A DNA stretch of 10,165 nucleotides from positions 1 to 10,165 of the forward strand of contig JBDRHP010000003.1 in NCBI GenBank assembly GCA_043816785.1, given 5' to 3'. Positions 5,568-10,165 of this stretch are shown here, piece after piece (within the stretch, counting starts at the first letter, position 1; each line of letters begins with the position of its first letter). The notes beneath the pieces were generated by a model. It saw only the letters and a program-made list of their open reading frames with translations, was not told the DNA's origin and searched no databases. The translations under genes were made by a program, and so were the position numbers. Origin of the DNA: Candidatus Margulisiibacteriota bacterium (GTDB lineage: Bacteria > Margulisbacteria > WOR-1 > O2-12-FULL-45-9).

Positions 5568-8024
5568 TTATGGTGTGTTTACCACCATGACTTTTACTTT
5601 TCCGGCAATTATATTTTGGGTTGTGCTTTTGATCAGGAATAACTTCATGCCGTTATCAAATTGCCAGAAGTCCGGCCGGTTAAAGGCAACTGTGTTATAG
5701 CCAGGCGTGACGGTAATTGTGGGCGGATTGGTCAAGAGCTGAAAACCGTCTGGGGTATAACATTTTATTTCCACCACATCCGGCCCGCTTGATACCCACT
5801 GGATCTTTAGCTGGCCAGTCCCGCGATATGGATTAGGATTGGCCAGGATCTGGCCGTCGACAATTTGCCCGGTCGGTGCCAGAGCCATGACTTCAAAGCC
5901 TCCGCCCAGGGTGTCACCTCCGCCGTCAGGGTTGATCACATTTACGTTCCATAGTCCGGTCGCAGTGGTCGAAGAAATAGTCGCGTCAATCCTTAAGCTG
6001 GTAGCGCTTACAAATTCAACAGAATTGACAACAATATTATCAGTGCTAAAAGGAGCAATGCTTGTCGCGCTGGCAGACGGGGTAAAGGAGACAGTTGCGC
6101 CATCTTGAAAAGCCTCGCCAGTTAAAAAGAATTTAGTGCCGCCGGCGTAGCCGAACCCCGGAGTAATGGAGATTATATTTGGATCAAGAGTGCCGGGCGC
6201 TTTGACTCGAAAAGCGTTGGCCAAGCTGCCAATGCCGCTGTCATCCGTGTTTCTGACAGTCACGGTGCGCGCGCCGGTTGTAGCAGCCGCAGAGATGCTT
6301 ATGTTTGCGGTAAGACTGCTGGCGCTGTTAAAAGCAACAGTGTTAACAGTGACCCCACCGTTGCCAAAAATAACTGTTGGGTTAGCATGGAAATTTGAGC
6401 CGCTTATGGTCACATTATAAGTCTGACCCTGCTCGCCGGAGCCGGGGCTGAGAGATGTGATGCTTGGCGGGGTTACACCAAAGGGGGAAATGCTGAAAAT
6501 GCTTGAGCCGGTTGCGCTCCCTCCGTCCGGGTTGGTTACAGTGATGTTGCCGGTGCCGGCTGCTGCCCCACTGGCTATTGTGACATTAACGGACAGGCTG
6601 TTGTCGCCGTTAACCACAAGTGAGTTAACAGTAATTCCGGGCAATGAGAAAACTACCTCTGCGGTGGCTATGCCTGCTTGGAATCCAGTGCCGCTAATTG
6701 CCAGATCAGAGGTTGTTCCCTGGGTTAAGGCCGGGGGATAAACAGAAGTTATGGTGGGTAGAGCAGTCACAGCAAAGGCGCTGGTTAAGGTGTCAGAGGT
6801 GCCGTCAATGTTAGTGATCGTGATATCCCGGGAAGTAGTTGCGGCAGAAGCGGCAACGCTGATGTTTACAGTCAATGATCCCCGGGTGACGGAATTAACC
6901 GTGATGCCGCTGCCGGAAAAAGAAACCAGGCCTGGAGTCCAAGGGCCGACCTGAAAATTGTTGCCTGCGATTGTCAGGTCGCCGCTAAAACCTTGCGGCG
7001 CCTTTGCCTGGCTTGGTCTGTTTTTTTGCACTACCGAGGTTATCGCAAGGGGAGTGATGCTGGAGTAAACCTTGCCAATACTGGGTGTGCCTGGTAATTC
7101 CCCGACGGTCCACCCGTTATCCGCATCAGAAAAATATATGCCGTTATAAATCTCGCTGCTCACCGAAAGCTCTTCGCTGGAAGACCAGATGCTTCCAGAT
7201 TTTGTCAGTTTTGCGATTTTGCCGGTGTTGCTTGGAACAGTATGCTGACCAACGATCCAAACCGTATTGGCATCAAGTGCAAACACCCCGATATTGGATG
7301 AATACCCTAAAGTTTCTTTAGACCAGTTTTCCCCGCCATCAGTGGTATACAAAAAGGTTTGATTGGACCCGACTATGAATCCATTATTTGCATCGACAAA
7401 ATAAACATCCCTTAGATCATTGGCAGTTAATCCCGCTGCTTTTTGCGTCCAATTTTGTCCGCCATCAGCGGATTTATAGATATCTCCGCCATTGCCAACG
7501 ATCCAAACTGTATTCGCGTCAATAAAATGTGCCGCGTAAAGTGTTGTGCCAACTCCTCCAGGAGTTGAGCTTACCCAGGTGGTTCCAGCGTTTGAAGTAT
7601 AAGAAACTGCCGCGCTTGTCCCGGACAGGCCGACCGCTACCCCGTTATTGGCACTGCCGAAATCAATGCCGAGAATTGCTGTGGTAGGGAGGGCTCCTCC
7701 GATTTTCTCTGTCCAGAAAGCGCCCCAATCAGTGGAAACAAAAGTCTTGGTTCCTCCGGCCGCCCAAAGGGAGTTGCCAAAAATACTTACTCCCCGGAGG
7801 GCTGTTGCGCCAATGGTTGCGGAGGTGATGCTGGTCCAGGTTGTTCCGTAGTTAGTGGTCTTGTAAACCGCTCCGCTGTCTCCTACAGCGCAGATAGTCG
7901 CAGTTGTTGAGCCGGCGATATCATATAATTCTGAGGGGGACGGGGTGATAGCTTGTTCAGTCCACGCGGCAAACGCTGAAAATGCCAGAGAAACCAAGAA
8001 AAGCAGGATCAAAATTTTTTTCAT
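5568..8024 (-). CDS. Secreted YCF48-like/BNR Asp-box beta-propeller with four IPT/TIG-like Ig domains and a divergent T9SS-CTD-like C-terminus
   Basis: 818 aa. Signal peptide ending AFA|A. Asp-boxes TTNYGTTW, STDWGAFW, TSNAGTTW, SADGGQNW, TTDGGENW. Four ~95-aa repeats of P.ITS..P....QG...I.G..F...V.V.N.DG type. C-terminus ANPNPY...IKCYTPDG...GYNTV...NGMKLFLI...GKVKVMV. Its stop lies 6 nt before the start of the barrel-SLH gene. Confidence 0.85.
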   Translation of the reverse strand: MKKILILLFLVSLAFSAFAAWTEQAITPSPSELYDIAGSTTATICAVGDSGAVYKTTNYGTTWTSITSATIGATALRGVSIFGNSLWAAGGTKTFVSTDWGAFWTEKIGGALPTTAILGIDFGSANNGVAVGLSGTSAAVSYTSNAGTTWVSSTPGGVGTTLYAAHFIDANTVWIVGNGGDIYKSADGGQNWTQKAAGLTANDLRDVYFVDANNGFIVGSNQTFLYTTDGGENWSKETLGYSSNIGVFALDANTVWIVGQHTVPSNTGKIAKLTKSGSIWSSSEELSVSSEIYNGIYFSDADNGWTVGELPGTPSIGKVYSSITPLAITSVVQKNRPSQAKAPQGFSGDLTIAGNNFQVGPWTPGLVSFSGSGITVNSVTRGSLTVNISVAASAATTSRDITITNIDGTSDTLTSAFAVTALPTITSVYPPALTQGTTSDLAISGTGFQAGIATAEVVFSLPGITVNSLVVNGDNSLSVNVTIASGAAAGTGNITVTNPDGGSATGSSIFSISPFGVTPPSITSLSPGSGEQGQTYNVTISGSNFHANPTVIFGNGGVTVNTVAFNSASSLTANISISAAATTGARTVTVRNTDDSGIGSLANAFRVKAPGTLDPNIISITPGFGYAGGTKFFLTGEAFQDGATVSFTPSASATSIAPFSTDNIVVNSVEFVSATSLRIDATISSTTATGLWNVNVINPDGGGDTLGGGFEVMALAPTGQIVDGQILANPNPYRGTGQLKIQWVSSGPDVVEIKCYTPDGFQLLTNPPTITVTPGYNTVAFNRPDFWQFDNGMKLFLIKSTTQNIIAGKVKVMVVNTP

Positions 8025-8046
8025 TTATTTCTCATCCCTTGGGGTA

Positions 8047-8076
8047 ATAATAACACTGGGGATAACAGAAGGTCAA
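8047..8076 (-). promoter_or_regulatory. Putative sigma70 promoter for the 818-aa/636-aa operon
   Basis: On the minus strand: TTGACC (8071-8076) - 18 nt - TATTAT (8047-8052), with an extended -10 TGn; 22 nt upstream of the start codon. Confidence 0.55.
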
Positions 8077-8106
8077 GAAGGATTTGGAGTTCTAAAAAGT
8101 GTGCTT

Positions 8107-8184
8107 ATTGGAAGTCTGCGACTGAACCCTTCGGCAAGCTCAGGGCAGCACCGAGCGAAGTCGAGGAGCGTCGCGGCTTCCAAT
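8107..8184. repeat. REP-like structured palindromic element
   Basis: Outer arms ATTGGAAGTCTGCGAC (8107-8122) and GTCGCGGCTTCCAAT (8170-8184) are near-complementary. They enclose CCCTTCGGCAAGCTCAGGG and GAGCGAAGTCGAGG, which resemble widespread CTTCGAC..GCTCAG / GAGCGAAGTCGA extragenic palindromes. Confidence 0.6.
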
Positions 8185-8195
8185 TTCTCTTAAAT

Positions 8196-8237
8196 AAAAA
8201 AAAGGAAACCGCGAAGTTTATTCGCAGGTTTCCTTTT
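8196..8237 (-). terminator. Rho-independent terminator downstream of the GAF gene
   Basis: Stem AAAAGGAAACC-GCGAA / TTCGC-(A)-GGTTTCCTTTT with a 5-nt loop. A U8 tract on the minus strand (8196-8203) follows the GC-containing stem; 13 nt after the stop at 8251. Confidence 0.85.
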
Positions 8238-8250
8238 CAAATTGTGGATT

Positions 8251-8835
8251 TTAACCGACTAGAAGCGGGGGGATTGCTGAGGAAATCATTTCCGCAAACG
8301 ATCTGGCAACAACAATATCATCATTTGTAAACTTTATTCTTCCTTCGCTGTAGCGGTTGGAAATAAGCATGGCCCCAAAAACTTCGTCTCTGGACTCACT
8401 GACCAGCGGCACCGCGAGATATTCGTTGTCTGCGGATGCTCCTTTAATAATTTGTTTTGTTTGAATTGCCTGCTGAACCAGATCATGTTGCAGAGGGAAT
8501 GTTTTGGGAAAACCAGCGCCTATATATCTGCTGGCATTTTGAGGGAAAGGAGGAAGGGTCTCGGGAATCGTCAGCGCGGTAAATTTGTCAGCCCCAAGAA
8601 CCCCGACAAAAACCACGGATTTTCCCGTAAAGTGAAAATTTTTAAAGCCCTGTTCCAATGTCCTGGCTTGCAGTTCACGCAGGTTTTGGCAAGTGGTTAA
8701 AGCTTGTTTGCTGCGGGAGAGGAATGAGAGTCTGTCTGGCAGGCTGCTGCCTGGCGAAAGTATGACGCTTCTCTTTGGCTGGTTTGTTAAAGTTCTTTTT
8801 GGAGCTGTAAACGGTCCAGGATAAACTCTGGTCAT
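8251..8835 (-). CDS. Stand-alone GAF-domain protein with basic, disordered N-terminal leader
   Basis: 194 aa. The C-terminal YLAVPLVSESRDEVFGAMLISNR...FTNDDIVVARSFAEMISSAI is a typical GAF motif. GAGG SD upstream. No output domain. Confidence 0.75.
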   Translation of the reverse strand: MTRVYPGPFTAPKRTLTNQPKRSVILSPGSSLPDRLSFLSRSKQALTTCQNLRELQARTLEQGFKNFHFTGKSVVFVGVLGADKFTALTIPETLPPFPQNASRYIGAGFPKTFPLQHDLVQQAIQTKQIIKGASADNEYLAVPLVSESRDEVFGAMLISNRYSEGRIKFTNDDIVVARSFAEMISSAIPPLLVG

Positions 8836-8838
8836 AAT

Positions 8839-8869
8839 AAAACCCTCACATATATCTCGTGAGGGTTTT
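8839..8869 (-). terminator. Perfect 11-bp inverted repeat; probable terminator of the GGDEF gene, overlapping the RBS and promoter motif of the GAF gene
   Basis: AAAACCCTCAC-(9 nt)-GTGAGGGTTTT; on the minus strand the stem runs into TTTTATT. Confidence 0.6.
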
Positions 8870-8883
8870 GAAGAAATTTCACT
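8850..8883 (-). promoter_or_regulatory. Bipartite motif copy 1 (putative alternative-sigma, sigma28-like promoter)
   Basis: AGTGAAATTT-N13-ACGAGATATAT, 14 nt upstream of ATG 8835; matches the copy at 10053-10086. Confidence 0.65.
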
Positions 8884-8898
8884 CTAAAATAAAGATTG

Positions 8899-10017
8899 TT
8901 ATCTGGCTTGGTCTCGGCCTTCATTCTTGGCCAGGTAAAGCCGTTTGTCTGCTGCTTCAATCCATTCAGGTGAATTTTGCCCATTGTTCCAAGTTGAAAT
9001 TCCAATACTGACAGTAACCGGGACATGCTTGCCATCTCTAGTCGTAAATTTATGGTTTCTGACAGTCCGCACGATCCGGTTAGCCAACGCGTATGCTCCT
9101 TTGGCATCGGTATTTCGTGCGATCACTGCAAACTCCTCTCCGCCATAACGGAAGGAACTGTCACCGGGGCGGGGAATCTGGCGCAATAAAGCGCCGAATT
9201 CTTTTAAAACGCTGTCGCCGCCTGGGTGGCCAAAATTAGTATTAATTCTTGTGAAGTGATCTAGGTCGATCATTAATAGGGACAAGGGTGTAGGCGCTTC
9301 CTTGCCATCTCTTAACTTGCGCTTTCTCTCCCCAGTTTCTATCTTAATTCGATCATCAAAGGACCTTCGATTATTTAAGCCGGTTAATCCGTCGATGGTA
9401 GAAGTCTGGATCAGTTGTTCTCTTTCTACTGTTCTTTCGATGACCATTGAGGCTGTTTGTCTTAACTGTTCTGCAACGGTTGCGTCGCTAGAGTTTCTTT
9501 CTCGACCAAGAGAAACAACAATCATACCTAACAGGTTTTGTCTGCTATCTAAAAGAGGTAGCCCCATCATGCTGCGGGAAACGTCTTCAACAGACACGGG
9601 CTCTCTTGTGATCTGCGAGACCAGACCCGAGCTGCCATTTTGGGACAAGATGGGAAAACTATTGTCATTTAATTCTCGATCTAAGATGCCCGCTCTGAGT
9701 TCTATGGCAACTTCAGCATTAGGGAAAAGGGTAGTAACTCCCTCATATGTCCTATCAAGAACAGCATCGAGTGCATCGCCGGGTGTTTTGACAGTTGTGC
9801 CTTGAGCCTTCATCAGTGATTGAGAAATTTCAAATACAGCTGTTAGTCTGGCTGCGTCCAAGGCCTGGTTAACAAAAGTGGGCAAAAGCTGCCATCTATT
9901 AATGGTAGGTGCAGTGAGTGTGCGGGAAAGCTGGCTACGTCTATCGCTAGGCTGTGGCCTGGTCGTGGCCCCGCGGTAAAAAGTTGGTCTTATTGAGACT
10001 CTAGCAGCTTGTTGCAT
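8899..10017 (-). CDS. Diguanylate cyclase (degenerate GAF + GGDEF domain)
   Basis: 372 aa. DGLTGLNNRR, LLMIDLDHF, GH.GGD, RYGGEEF A-site with an RPGD I-site five residues upstream, VTVSIGIS and ADKRLYLAK..GRD. Upstream GAF-like segment MMGLPLLDSRQNLLGMIVV. SD GAGGTG 8 nt before the ATG. Confidence 0.93.
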   Translation of the reverse strand: MQQAARVSIRPTFYRGATTRPQPSDRRSQLSRTLTAPTINRWQLLPTFVNQALDAARLTAVFEISQSLMKAQGTTVKTPGDALDAVLDRTYEGVTTLFPNAEVAIELRAGILDRELNDNSFPILSQNGSSGLVSQITREPVSVEDVSRSMMGLPLLDSRQNLLGMIVVSLGRERNSSDATVAEQLRQTASMVIERTVEREQLIQTSTIDGLTGLNNRRSFDDRIKIETGERKRKLRDGKEAPTPLSLLMIDLDHFTRINTNFGHPGGDSVLKEFGALLRQIPRPGDSSFRYGGEEFAVIARNTDAKGAYALANRIVRTVRNHKFTTRDGKHVPVTVSIGISTWNNGQNSPEWIEAADKRLYLAKNEGRDQAR

Positions 10018-10052
10018 TTTTTATTCACCTCGGGAGTCATACTCCTCTACAT

Positions 10053-10086
10053 ATATATATCGTTAATAAGCAGCAAAAATTTCACT
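10053..10086 (-). promoter_or_regulatory. Bipartite motif copy 2 (putative alternative-sigma, sigma28-like promoter)
   Basis: AGTGAAATTT-N13-ACGATATATAT, 35 nt upstream of ATG 10017. Confidence 0.65.
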
Positions 10087-10165
10087 TTTTTAGAAAATGG
10101 GAAGAGGGGGGTAAGGCTGAAAGCAGTAAATCTCGAATTCTTATAATTTTATCTCTTATCACCTT
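10082..10165 (-). CDS. Possible 3' end of a truncated upstream CDS
   Basis: Minus frame is open from the window edge to TGA at 10082-10084 (KVIRDKIIRIRDLLLSALPPSSHFLKK*). Too short to be sure. Confidence 0.35.
   Translation of the reverse strand, partial: KVIRDKIIRIRDLLLSALPPSSHFLKK

Noticed and set aside
5568..8024. Photosystem II assembly factor Ycf48 / evidence of photosynthesis
   Set aside because: The Asp-box propeller is a widespread fold; here it is fused to Ig repeats and no photosynthesis genes are nearby.
8630..8642. AGTGAAAATTT as a third copy of the bipartite motif
   Set aside because: It is an imperfect first box, inside a CDS on the opposite strand, with no ACGA.ATAT box at the right spacing.
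210..9805. Numerous 60-170 aa alternative-frame and antisense ORFs in the supplied track (e.g. 210..524, 2200..2541, 4518..4820, 5347..5700, 8832..9107, 9302..9805)
   Set aside because: They overlap longer ORFs with clear domain signatures, lack recognisable motifs, and are explained as shadows of Gly/Ala/Thr/Val-rich coding sequence.
9990..10047. Possible 16-aa leader ORF (MTPEVNKKCNKLLESQ*) and a small GGAGT-CAT-ACTCC hairpin upstream of the cyclase
   Set aside because: The GAGGAG lies only 1 nt from that ATG, too close for initiation, and a 5-bp stem can occur by chance.
1..10165. CRISPR array, tRNA/rRNA, transposase or diversity-generating retroelement
   Set aside because: No regularly spaced direct repeats, RNA gene signatures, transposase or reverse-transcriptase motifs, or template/variable repeat pair were seen by eye. 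The similar ends of the two paralogues are ordinary protein-level homology.

Overview
Bacterial cell-surface/secretion locus followed by a small signalling pair. A + strand operon (truncated upstream CDS, then 398-, 409- and 342-aa proteins with signal peptides) converges, with overlapping stop codons, on a - strand operon (818-aa Asp-box beta-propeller + 4 IPT/TIG-like domains; 636-aa PorV/FadL-type beta-barrel + Ig + 3 SLH domains). The 398-, 342- and 818-aa proteins end in a ~100-aa domain resembling the type IX secretion (T9SS) type-A C-terminal sorting domain / FlgD-Ig. The 409-aa protein looks like a trimeric fibre (tail-fibre/MAT-like) lacking that signal. Together they suggest a T9SS-like export/display system with a cell-wall-tethered PorV homologue and a possible fibre-adaptor pair. 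Further right are a REP-like structured element, a terminator, a stand-alone GAF protein and a GAF-GGDEF diguanylate cyclase. These two genes share a bipartite upstream motif (AGTGAAATTT-N13-ACGAKATATAT, sigma28-like spacing) and basic, Pro/Ser/Thr-rich N-terminal leaders. The architecture is reminiscent of Cyanobacteria-sister lineages (Saganbacteria/Margulisbacteria), but that is inference only; no marker gene is present. All family assignments are by visual motif recognition, not database search.
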